From an uncultured cyanobacterium (GTDB lineage: Bacteria > Cyanobacteriota > Cyanobacteriia > Cyanobacteriales > Nostocaceae), in assembly GCA_963740315.1 (NCBI GenBank), contig CAVUDP010000002.1, forward strand, positions 384,001 through 448,000: DNA of 64,000 bases, in the 5' to 3' direction. A program made the translations under genes and the position numbers. Position 1 is the first letter of the stretch, and the number at the start of each line of letters is the position of its first letter. Positions 32,750-43,159 of the stretch are shown piece by piece. Below the pieces are notes generated by a model. That model made no database searches, was not told where the DNA came from, and was given only the letters and a program-made list of their open reading frames with translations.

Positions 32750-32796
32750 TAGAAATTATCTGCATAAAATATTTATTGAAATTACATAGGAATAAG

Positions 32797-35700
32797 ATGG
32801 AAAATAATCAGGGTTTGCTCAAATTACATATCGGATGTGGGACAAAGATTAGAGAAGGATACTTAAATATTGATGAATATGTTAAAGCTCCGGGTATTTT
32901 AAATGTAGATGTATTTAAACTTCCTATTGAAGATAATTTTGTTGATGAAATTTTTACAGAACATATGCTTGAACACCTTAGTAAATATGAGGTGCCCGAA
33001 GCATTAAGAGAGTGGGCAAGAGTTTTGAAAAAGAATGGTAAATTGATAATGAATTTACCTAATTTAGAATGGTGCTTGCAGCAATGGTTAGCTAAACCAG
33101 AAGAAGAACGTTGGAATTGGCAGTTAGATACTATTTTTGGTTTACAGACTCATCCAGGAGAGTATCATAAAACTGGTTTTACTAAATCTCGTTTGCGTGA
33201 ATTACTAAGAGATGCAGGTTTTAAAGAAATTACAATAGATGATTATTGGTCGCACGGACAAAGCTGTTTTTGGGTTGAAGCTAGTAAAAGTGACACGGAA
33301 GAAAATATTACATCTATCTTAAATCAATCGAATCCTACATCTAATCAAAAGGATGAATACAAAAGTACATTAATTAGTATAGTTGTGCCTTGGTGGGATC
33401 ATACAGAATTACTAAACAATTGGAATAATAATTTAACTTATTTAGGTAATTGCGAAATTATTTTCGTTGATAACGGCAGTCAACTACAAGGAAAATTAAA
33501 ATTAGAAGAATTTTGTAAACAGCACGAAATTCAACTGATTCGTAATCAAGAAAATAGGGGATTCTCTGCTGCAAATAATCAAGGATTGGAAGTCGCAACG
33601 GGTGAATATATTCTCTATCTAAATAATGACGTAGAAATTTTAAAATTCCCCGCAAAACTTTTTTGTAAACTTGCAGCAAACGGAATTTCCGGTCCGGGTT
33701 TCATAGAAAATGAACTTGGAGAAAATTATCTAGAAGGATGGGCGTTGTGCATTAAAAAGTCTACTTTGGAAACTCTGGGAGGATGGTGTGAAGGTTATGG
33801 ACCCGGATATTGGGATGATGTAGATTTATGCCTGAGAGCAAGATTAGCAGGATATTCTTTAACACCGATTCCCAATATTCAAACTTTCATGCGACATAAA
33901 CAAAATACTACAGGTCGCGACGGTCGCTTAGATCAAATAGCATTACACCTTCGTAACCGAGGTATTTTTCTTCAAAAGCATTATTCCATACATCCCAAGA
34001 TTATTATTGACGGCGTATTTTTCCAACTCTATCAAACCGGAATTGCTCGTGTTTGGAAATCGCTCTTAGAAGAATGGTCAAATAATGATTTTGCAAAGCA
34101 TATTATAGTTTTAGATAGAGCCAGTACTGCTCCAAAAATTCCCGGTATTAGATATCGTCAAATTCCCCAGTATGACTATAACGATACCGATACCGATCGC
34201 GAAATGCTTCAACAAATATGCGACGAAGAAGCAGCCGATTTATTTATTTCTTCTTACTACACAACACCCATAACAACGCCTTCTGTATTCATGGCACATG
34301 ACATGATTCCAGAACTTATGGGATGGGATTTGAATCATCCCATGTGGCGAGAAAAACATTATGGAATTCAACACGCTTCGGCTTATATTGCTGTTTCTGA
34401 AAATACAGCGCAAGATTTAATTAAGTGTTTTCCCGATATTAATTCAGATGCTGTTACCGTAGCTCCATTAGGGGTTCAAAGTACTTTCAATCCAGCGCAA
34501 TCAGAAGAGATTAATGCTTTTAAAACCAACTATGGAATTACAAAACCTTATTTTCTTTTAGTTGGTTCTTCTACTGGCTATAAGAATAGTACTTTATTCT
34601 TTGAAGCTTTTGTTAAACTCGCTACTCGCAATGGATTTGATATTATTTGTACCGGAAGCGGTGGTGTTTTAGCACCCGAATGGAGAACCTATACTTCTGG
34701 TAGTACGGTACATATGTTGCAACTTAGCGACTCTGAGTTAGCAATAGCTTATAGTGGTGCGATCGCACTGGTTTACCCCTCGAAATATGAAGGTTTTGGT
34801 TTACCTATACTCGAATCAATGGCTTGTGGTTGTCCGGTAATTACCTGTGCAAATGCTTCTATTCCCGAAGTTGCGGGGGAAGCTGCTATTTATATTAATG
34901 ATAACGATGCCGAAGGATTAGCAAATGCTCTTTGTGAAGTGCAAAAACCGGGTATTCGCCAATTATTAATTAACAGAGGAATTGAACAAGCGAAGAAATT
35001 TACTTGGTCATCAATGGCAAAAACTGTTAGTGAAGTGTTAATTGACACTACAATTCAAACTTTAAATCTAAGAGAAATTAATTTAATTATTTTCCCAGAT
35101 TGGACGCAATCAGAAGAAATTCTTGCAGCAGAATTGGAAAAAGTTATTGGTACTTTAGCAACTCATGCCGATAGTCAATACATGACTTTATTAATTGATG
35201 TCAGTAACAATGTTGATGATTATGCTGAAATGCTTTTATCTGCTGTAAGTATGAATTTATTGATGCAAGATTTAGATATTAGCGAAGGATTAGAAATTTC
35301 TTTGGTGTCGCAGTTGGGTGATATGCAGTGGGAAGCTTTGTTACCACGACTTAAAGCGAAGATAAGTTTAGAATTTGAAAATCAACAAGTTTTCTCGCTA
35401 GCAAAAATTGAAACTCTTGCAAGTTGTGAAGTCGAAAAACTTGATGATGTAATTCCAAACAGTTTTTTTTTGAGTTAGCCTCAAAGTTATTTCAACAACG
35501 TAGGTGGGAAGAAGCAATAGCGCAATATAAAAAGCTAATAGCTATCCCACCAGCAGAACCAGAAATTTATTATCAAGTAAGCGAATGCTATCACAAATTA
35601 AACCTACGGGATGAAGCTTTTAATGTTTTACAAGAAGGTATTAAACATCATCCAAAAGATGGGAATTTGCATTTTACATTAATTATTGGTTTGCGACGCA

Positions 35701-37136
35701 GCGGAAGAACTCAAGAAGCTATTCATTGTGCTGAAATCGCTGCAAATTCACTACCTGATGATTATACTTTTAAATTACTCAAGCATTTAACGGTTCCAAC
35801 AATTTACGATAATAAAGAGGAAATCAGTTTTTATCGTCAGCGATATACCCAAAGACTTCAAACTTTAATCAAAGAGACATCTTTACAGACAGAAGCAGAG
35901 AAAAAGAATGCTTTAGCGGGAATAAGTCGGCTTACGAATTTTTACTTATCCTATCAGGCTCAAAACGATATAGATTTGCAGCGCCAATACGGAAAGTTAG
36001 TTCATGAAATTATGACTGCTAACTATCCTCAATGGGTTAAACCTTTATCAATAGCGAACCGATCAAAAAATAACGGTAAAATCCGTATTGGCTACGTTTC
36101 TAATTATCTAAATTGCTATAGCGGTACCTTGTGGTTAACTGGTTGGTTGCGTCAGCATAACCACGATAATTTTGAAATCTACTGTTATTACACGGGAAAT
36201 GAACCCGATGCAATTACTCAAGAATTTCAGAAATATAGCGATGTTTTCTACCATATTCCCCATAATTTAGAAGTAGCTTGTCAACAGATAATTAACGATC
36301 GATTGCATATTCTCGTGTATCCTGAAATTGGCATGAATGCACCGACAATGCAAATGGCGGGTTTACGTTTAGCACCAGTACAATGCACCGCTTGGGGACA
36401 TCCTGTAACAACTGGTTTACCAACAATTGACTACTTTTTATCTAGCGAATTCATGGAAGCGGAAAAGGCACAAGAGCATTATTCGGAGAAATTGATTCGC
36501 TTACCTAATATTGGTGTTTCTTATCCCAAACCATATATTCCTCCTATTAGTAAAACTCGTTCGGATTATCAACTACCAGAAGATGCAGTTATTTATTTAT
36601 GCTGTCAGGCACCTTTTAAATACCTGCCGCAATATGATTTTATTTTCCCAGAAATTGCTCAACAAGTACCCAAAGCTAAATTCTTATTTTTACGCGGTGG
36701 TTTGTTGAAAAAGCGTCTAAAACGTGCATTTGATGCAGTTAATCTTGATTATCAAGACTATTGCTTATTTATTAACATTCCCGAAAGATTTGATTATTTA
36801 ACGATTAACTTACTTTCAGATGTATATCTAGACACCTTTACTTGGAGTGGGGGAAACACTAGTTTAGAAGCAATAGCCTGCAATCTTCCCATCGTAACTT
36901 GTACGGGGGAATTCATGCGCGGTCGTCATACTGATAGTTTCTTGAAAATGCTGGGAGTTACAGATACTATTGCAGCGAATGAAGCGGAATATATAGAAAT
37001 AGCCGTTAAATTAGGAACCCAAATCAATTGGCGCAATCAGATTTCACAACGAATGAGCGAAAATTGCGATCGCCTTTACGATGATAAAACTTGCGTAGTA
37101 GGTTTAGAAGAGTTTTACAAGCAGGTTGTTCAATAA
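32797..37136 (+). CDS. Multidomain glycosyltransferase (SAM MTase - GT2 - GT4 - TPR - GT41/OGT-like), frameshifted at a T9 run (35463-35471)
   Basis: First [57 protein letters not shown]. The second frame is open from 35472 ([26 protein letters not shown]) into [17 protein letters not shown] and [16 protein letters not shown], with no ATG before the TPR. Confidence 0.8.
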
Positions 37137-37148
37137 GACATAATATGT

Positions 37149-37181
37149 AGAAACCCGAATTTTTTAAAAATTCGGGTTTCT
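37149..37181. terminator. Perfect palindrome, terminator or REP-like
   Basis: AGAAACCCGAATTTTT-T-AAAAATTCGGGTTTCT, 12 nt after the stop; a degenerate relative lies at about 37947-37972. Confidence 0.6.
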
Positions 37182-37271
37182 TATGTTACTACTTAGCGTT
37201 AGCAATACTCTTATTCAATGCTAATCTAAAAAATAAAGAATATAAAATTGTTTAATAACTCATAAATCAAA

Positions 37272-37490
37272 GTGATGAATATTGAAGCAGCCATTATTCA
37301 GAATCTACGAGTCTTACCCGAAGATAAACAACAGGAAGTTTTAGACTTTATAGAATTTCTTAAAGCTAAAAATTTGCTAAACCCTTCTTCTTTTACAATT
37401 AAAGGAATGTGTGCAGATCTGGACGTTCATATTACAGAAGAAGATATTACCCAAGCACGGCGTGAAATGTGGGGAAACTTTCCCGCATAG
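37272..37490 (+). CDS. DUF2281-like small antitoxin-type protein
   Basis: LRVLPEDKQQEVLDFIEFL motif and C-terminal EEDITQARREMWGNF. Confidence 0.7.
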   Translation: MMNIEAAIIQNLRVLPEDKQQEVLDFIEFLKAKNLLNPSSFTIKGMCADLDVHITEEDITQARREMWGNFPA

Positions 37491-37524
37491 GATATTTAAT
37501 TACTATAGAGCAGGTTGATTATCC

Positions 37525-37701
37525 ATGACAAAACCTAATTTTGAAGCGATGTCAAATCGAGAACTGCGTCACTACATTTTAGAAAATCGGGATGAAGACG
37601 TTGTTCATGAAATGGTGTTAAGAATCCGGAAAAACGGTAAAACCGGAACGGTAGATGAATTTATTGAATATGTGAAACAAAAAGTAACACAGAATCAATA
37701 G
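37525..37701 (+). CDS. Small protein (DUF6887-like), 58 aa
   Basis: Read by hand, below the track cutoff: MTKPNFEAMSNRELRHYILENRDEDVVHEMVLRIRKNGKTGTVDEFIEYVKQKVTQNQ; family assigned from memory. Confidence 0.65.
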   Translation: MTKPNFEAMSNRELRHYILENRDEDVVHEMVLRIRKNGKTGTVDEFIEYVKQKVTQNQ

Positions 37702-37782
37702 TAAGCAAAAATAGTATTTTAGCCCGCAGGTTGTATCCAATTAAAAATTCTTTGTAACTGACATCTTGCACCAGTCGCGATA

Positions 37783-37902
37783 ACCGCCTTGGAATAAATT
37801 CCCAGGCTTATAAGCAAAGTCTGATAAATCAGACTGGGCAAGGCTTTTAGTACGTTTTAACGTACTTTGTATATCAGCCTTGAAATTGATTTCAAGGCGG
37901 GT
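37783..37902. repeat. Four-hairpin palindromic element (REP-doublet/MITE-like)
   Basis: CCGCCTTGGAAT..ATTCCCAGGCT, AGTCTGAT..ATCAGACT, AGTACGTT..AACGTACT and AGCCTTGAAAT..ATTTCAAGGCGG; the two halves are also inverted relative to each other. Confidence 0.75.
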
Positions 37903-37979
37903 TTGGGGGCTTGTTGACACTGCTGAATGTGTTTCTTAGAAGTAATAAACCCAGTTTTTCAACCGGGTTTCTTAATTTA

Positions 37980-40185
37980 CTACTTAGCGCTAATATAATT
38001 CGCCCACATTTGTTCGTAAGCTTTCTCCATTTCGCGGGTAAACTGCTTACCATTCCAAAGCGGTGCAGTTTGACGAGATTGTCGTAGCTTCCAAGCAACT
38101 TCTTGTCTTAATTTGGTATCTTTACCCAAACGAATTCCCCATTCGATATATTCTTCATCCGTCCAAGCAATGCCTTCAGTTATACCCGCATTCATCATCA
38201 TCGTGTAGCTATTACGTGCGGCAAATTGTTCGCCAACTCTTGTTACTAATGGAATTCCCATCCATAAAGTTTCTAAAGTTGTAGTAGCTCCGTTATAAGG
38301 ATAAGTATCAAGTACTACATCAGCAATTCCTAAGATTAGCACGATGTATTGCTTCTAAAGCTACTTTGGTAGAAATCGCAGTCGCGAACAATCTACGCTT
38401 TCTTCTTCAGCAATTTCATGTAAAAGAAATTTTTAATAGCTTCTTCGTCTGGCTCACCTTTAATTAAAAAGTAGCTATTGGGAACATCTTTCAAGTATCT
38501 TCATTTGCCATCTGTGGTGTCGGGATGGCGTTTGCGACCTCTTTGTGCGCTAAGATAAACTATGCATTGTTAGGAATATCTAGATCATCTCGTCGTAGAG
38601 TTGGTATCCCAACTTCAAAACCATCAACAGCAATATAAGTTTGAGGTAAACTCCAGATTTTCTCTGTGTAATAGTATCTTGATCGGATTCTGGTAGAACA
38701 TAAGGATCGGCAATGAAATAATCAATAGCAGGAATTCCCGATGCATCCCAACCCAACCAGGTAACTTGAACTGGTGCTGGTTTAAGCGCAACAACTTGCG
38801 ACAGCAATATCTAAAGTAAGCTATCTAAATCAATTAAAATATCTATTTCATCTTGATATATTTTTTCGGCAATTTCTAAACTATTCCATGCCTAATTTAC
38901 GGATGAGTTTAAATTGTCTACATACCATTCTTGAAGAAAATCATCTGCAAGTTCGTAACTTAACCAAATAACCATAAATTTCAAACTTTTCACGATTATG
39001 ATGTTGAAACAACCAACGTGCCAGCCAACCTACTGAATGTCGTCTAAAGCAAAAGATAAATATCCAATCTTTAAAGGTTTTGTGGAACTTTCTAAACTTT
39101 TATTAGTAATCTTGCGCTGTGAGTAATGTCTACTTTATCTTTAGCAAGATCTTGAATATTATTTTGAACATAATGGCTATCTGATTGTGGATTTTGCTAA
39201 AATACTGTGGACAATCTTGATATGGGGAATAGCAAAAGATGGAGTCAGTAATACGAAGAGTCTTCAATTCATCTAGAAATGGTTGTGTTTCGATTAATTT
39301 CGAATATAAACATTCTAATTGTTCGCACGTTGAATTTACTTCTTCCCAGTATCCACCAGCATTCATTAATCCACGTAACAACAAATGAATGCAATAAATT
39401 TTATCTGCTAATGTGTTAATAGCGAAAAGCATAATTTAGCTGTTTCTATTCCTTGAGTATAATTTTCTGAATTTTGATAAAAAACGGCTAAATGTCTTAA
39501 TGCTTCTAAATTTTTAGTATTTAAGCGTAAACATAATTTTAAATATTTAGTTGCTTGTGCTTGTTCTTGAGAGTAGGCTAAATTCATTGCAGCAGGTAAT
39601 AGGACAGCAAAATATTTATAGGAATGTTGTAGATAAGGTGAACAAGATTCTGCAAATTCTAATGATGACTCGTGGATTGAATCGTAGTCTAAAATTTGCT
39701 GTAACATTTGCATTAATAGATTAATATCTATTGCTTCTAATTTCTGTGAATTCAGAAGCTCAATTATTCCCCAATCAGCTATGTCGTCTCCAGTAAATGT
39801 TTCTAGCTTAATCGCAATGTAAATTAGACGTAATAAATTATTAATGTCCGCTGGCTTAATTTCCCGTATATGCTGTCGCATTAAATAAACGGTGGAATAA
39901 TCTACCTGTGCTAAACGTCTTTGTGCTTCCTCTTCCAACACCTTTGTTAATTCATTGCACCAAACTCAACTTTCTCCTCTTCTCCTTCTATCACACCAAA
40001 GCCCAAGTTGTTTGTGCTTCTACTTCTTTTCCCTGTAGCAGCAATATTAACCCTAAATACCAGTAGTGGGATTTAATGTCTGGTTCTTCTGCAATTGCTT
40101 GCTCATAAAGAACTAGCTTGGGCGTAATCACCTTGGACAAAATATTCATATGCTTTATGTAGCGATTTTCTGTATCAACAATCAT
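37980..40185 (-). pseudogene. TPR-containing O-GlcNAc transferase-like (GT41/SPINDLY, OgtA-like) gene with many frameshifts (possibly sequencing errors)
   Basis: Fragments in changing frames: YWYLGLILLLQG, KPLKIGYLS, RRHSVGWLARWL, ALKPAPVQVTWLGWDASG and DVVLDTYPYNGATTTLETLWMGIP. Confidence 0.8.
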
Positions 40186-40278
40186 GTTATTTATTTTAAA
40201 TAATGCCGACTTACTTATATTGCCTACTATTTGTTAACAAAAAGATAGACATTGTGCAATATATTCCAGTAAGTAAAT

Positions 40279-40306
40279 AAAGTGAGTAGAATATTCTACC
40301 CACTTT
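40279..40306 (-). terminator. Hairpin between the pilin gene and the OGT-like gene
   Basis: Minus strand AAAGTGGGTAGAATATTCTACTCACTTT, a stem with one G-U pair. Confidence 0.55.
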
Positions 40307-40385
40307 GTAAATACTTAACTTAATTCAAATCGACCTTTGTACTCAAACACTTTTTTCTAAGTCGTTTGAATAACTGGTGTAAATT

Positions 40386-40949
40386 TTATTGTTTATTGAT
40401 ACTTTCTTGTAGTCCGTGGTACCAGTGCCAGGACAAGTAGGAGGGGCAGAAGTACCGTAACCTATTGTCCAGTACCATCGCAGCACCAGTAATTCCTCTC
40501 GCATGTAGCTTCACACAAGGTTGCGAGAGTAATTGCTTCATTGTCGCTGCAATTGTTCCTAATGCAACACCACCGACATATGATTTTATGGCATCTCTTA
40601 TTTGCTGTGCTTTATTTGTAACACCACCACTACCTTTGCTCAAATTTCATACTTATAATTTTCAGTTTCTGTCGCAACCCCAAGTCCTAAATTCCGAAAT
40701 TACCAGAACCTGTAAAATCACCATTTTCCCTAAGTAAGGCTTGCTGCGCTCGGTTCATTGAACCAACATAACGTTTTAGCTTCTGACTGTTTGCTTTATT
40801 GCTTGGTTCAAGAAGGAAGGCAAAGCAATAGCCGACAAAATACCAATAATAATAATTACAACCAACAATTCAATTAAGGTAAAACCTTCGTTTTCTTTCT
40901 TCTTGCGGAGAATGTTTTGTAAAAACTTTGCTTTAAGTTCGGTTTTCAT
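40386..40949 (-). pseudogene. pilA: Type IV major pilin (PilA-like), frameshifted in this sequence
   Basis: Read by hand from ATG 40949: MKTELKAKFLQNILRKKKENEG-FTLIELLVVIIIIGILSAIALPSFLNQA (class III signal, G|F..E5). After indels it continues YVGSMNRAQQA and KSYVGGV. The 3' end is approximate. Confidence 0.85.
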
Positions 40950-40995
40950 TAGTGTTTCCTTTAAGTGGGGATGGGTTATTGAGTTCTAGGTGTAA

Positions 40996-41002
40996 CTTAC
41001 CC
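40996..41002 (-). promoter_or_regulatory. SigF-type promoter element GGGTAAG upstream of pilA
   Basis: Minus strand GTGGGTAAGTT about 47 nt upstream of the ATG; matches the GGGTAAG element known for SigF-dependent cyanobacterial pilA promoters. Confidence 0.7.
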
Positions 41003-41129
41003 ACTTCGACTCAGAGAATTAACATTTTGGAAAAAAGTTTTTTTGGAAATTGGGAAATACTTATTATTTATCTTCTGTATGGCAGGTTTGATAAGGGTTT
41101 TAACAGATACAGGGAGGGGGTATTGTGTA

Positions 41130-41888
41130 CATCTTGCTTAAGAAAGTCAAAGCCGAAAAGAATAACTGGTTTAAGCGAGGTTGGTTGAACAGGTGGCAAA
41201 CCCAACACCAGGCGAAATGTAGGATTTACGTTGCGCTTAACTGGCAACCTTAAAATCCTATGCTAGGATTTGGGAAGCCTTTAGAAAACCAGACTCGCTT
41301 CCTAAAATGGAATCATTAGAAATTCAAACCGCATCATGGCTCATCGTAAAATTTTCCAATGCGTTATACGTAGGTATGGTTGAACGGAGTGAAACCAACA
41401 AACAGTGTGAGATGTTGGAATTCGTTCATCAACCCCACTGGCTCTTTAACTTTGACGCGAGATGACTTAGAACGAGGTGGAGAGCCAGATAGCAGCTACT
41501 ACATACAAAAAAGACCTCTTCAGAACCTCTCTCCTGAAGGAAAAAGGCTTTATTACCCCCATTCCCTCGTAGGGAAGGGGTAGGTTTCTGAGATTCACAC
41601 GTAAAACACAATGCTTTCCCGCGTATCCTCTAAAGGTGGAATATACCAAACCGAAAGTAGACAAGTTTAAAATTTACGCTGCAATTGGCATTCCCGAATT
41701 TTGGCGTTTTAATGGCAGCGTTTTACGAATTTACATACTAAATGATGGGCAATATATAGAAGTCGAACAAAGCCCTACTTTTGCTCAGGTATCTGTAAAG
41801 GAAATTCCTCGGTTTATTCAAGAATCGAATCAACGGGGAAATGGCGACAACCCGCGCTTTTCGGGCTTGGGTGAGAGAGCAGGTTTGA
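41130..41888 (+). pseudogene. Uma2 (DUF820) family endonuclease, degraded and interrupted
   Basis: Fragments TGSLTLTRDDLERGGEPDSSYYIQ, VEYTKPKVDKFKIYAAIGIPEFWRFNG and TRAFRAWVREQV*; 5' part unreadable and start approximate. Confidence 0.75.
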
Positions 41889-41990
41889 GAAGTCGAATTT
41901 TATTTACCTGGCGCTTGTAACCGCTGCTACACAAACAAAACCCTCCGTAAGGCGGGTTATAAATCACTGTTTATTTTTCAGACATTTTGC

Positions 41991-42100
41991 CTCGTTCCCA
42001 GCCTCGAGGCTAGGAATGCATTTCTGTGGCTCTGCCTCTAGGGGATTGACGGGAGGCAGAGCCTCGCGATATGGGTTCCCAGCCAGAGTCTGGGAACTAG
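41991..42100. repeat. REP-like element CTCGTTCCCAGCC...GGCTCTGCCTC...GAGGCAGAGCC...CTGGGAACTAG (copy 1)
   Basis: Nested inverted repeats; a homologous copy lies at 43160-43434. Confidence 0.85.
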
Positions 42101-42326
42101 TCAAACCAGTTATTGCTGTTTATCCCAGTTGTTAGATATTTGCCTTGGTTACAAAAGTAATCCAAATCGTGGCGATCGCTATCTATAAACGACGATTTAA
42201 TATTGTTCTAAATACCTTGATTAAACTTAAAATTATATTTTTGTTAACCACTAAATACATAATTACTAAATAATATATAAACTATTATATACTATTTATA
42301 TTAACATTTAAACCAGCAAAAAGTGC

Positions 42327-43118
42327 ATGAGTGCCGACCCACTTTTCTACGAAATATTCAAAGAAATACCGGAATTATTCTTTGAATTAATCGGTCAACC
42401 AGAAAAAGACCCAAGTATCTATAAATTTCTAGCACCAGAAATTAAGCAAAGAAGTTTTCGTTTAGATGGCTTGCTTTTGACTTCTGAAAACCATCCTAAC
42501 GAGCCAATTTATTTTGTAGAAGCTCATTCCTATAAAGATGATAATTTTTACAATCAACTTGCCGCCAAAATCATTCTTTACCTAACTCAATATCAACCAC
42601 CAAATCAAGATTGGTATGCGGTTGTTATCTATAACGCAAAAAGTAATGAAGGAAATTTTCCTGGATACTTGAATTTTTTACTACCACATCTACGTCGCTT
42701 TTATCTTGATGAATTAGCAACAACTCCCGAAGCCTTGCTCTCGGTGGGAGTGATGCGTTTAATTGTCGAGAATAAAAGCCAAGAGAAAACCGGAGAGTTG
42801 GCAAGAGTGTTAATGACTCAAGCTCAACAAGAGTTGACCAATACCACCTTGAAAGAAAAGGTTTTAGAATTTATAAAGGCAGTGGTGATTGACAAATTTG
42901 CAAGTTTAAGTATGGAGGAAATTGAAGCGATGCTAAATTTAGATTCTTTTAACAATTTGAAAACAAGTAGAGTTTATCAAGAAGCTAAAGAAGAAGGTAT
43001 TCTCAATCAAAAACTGGAGATGATTCCAATTTTATTAGATTTAGGGTTAACTATTGAGCAAGTTGCAGAACGTTTAAAGCTCGATATCGAAACGGTAAGG
43101 AAAAATACTCAACAATAA
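42327..43118 (+). CDS. Rpn/YhgA-like PD-(D/E)XK nuclease (DUF2887-like)
   Basis: DPLFYEIF, EIKQRSFRLDGL, PIYFVEA and a C-terminal tail SRVYQEAKEEG...GLTIEQVAERLKL. Confidence 0.85.
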   Translation: MSADPLFYEIFKEIPELFFELIGQPEKDPSIYKFLAPEIKQRSFRLDGLLLTSENHPNEPIYFVEAHSYKDDNFYNQLAAKIILYLTQYQPPNQDWYAVVIYNAKSNEGNFPGYLNFLLPHLRRFYLDELATTPEALLSVGVMRLIVENKSQEKTGELARVLMTQAQQELTNTTLKEKVLEFIKAVVIDKFASLSMEEIEAMLNLDSFNNLKTSRVYQEAKEEGILNQKLEMIPILLDLGLTIEQVAERLKLDIETVRKNTQQ

Positions 43119-43159
43119 AACCAATTCTGATTACAGCTTTATCTAAGAAATTTGTTTAA

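Noticed and set aside
35667..37136. Stand-alone 489-aa gene with TTG start
   Set aside because: The frame is open 65 codons further upstream through a TPR to the T9 run, so it is better explained as the 3' part of the upstream gene.
40952..41664. Short ORFs 40952-41188, 41429-41611 and 41467-41664
   Set aside because: They overlap the pilA promoter or the Uma2 remnant and inserted repeat, and show no protein motifs.
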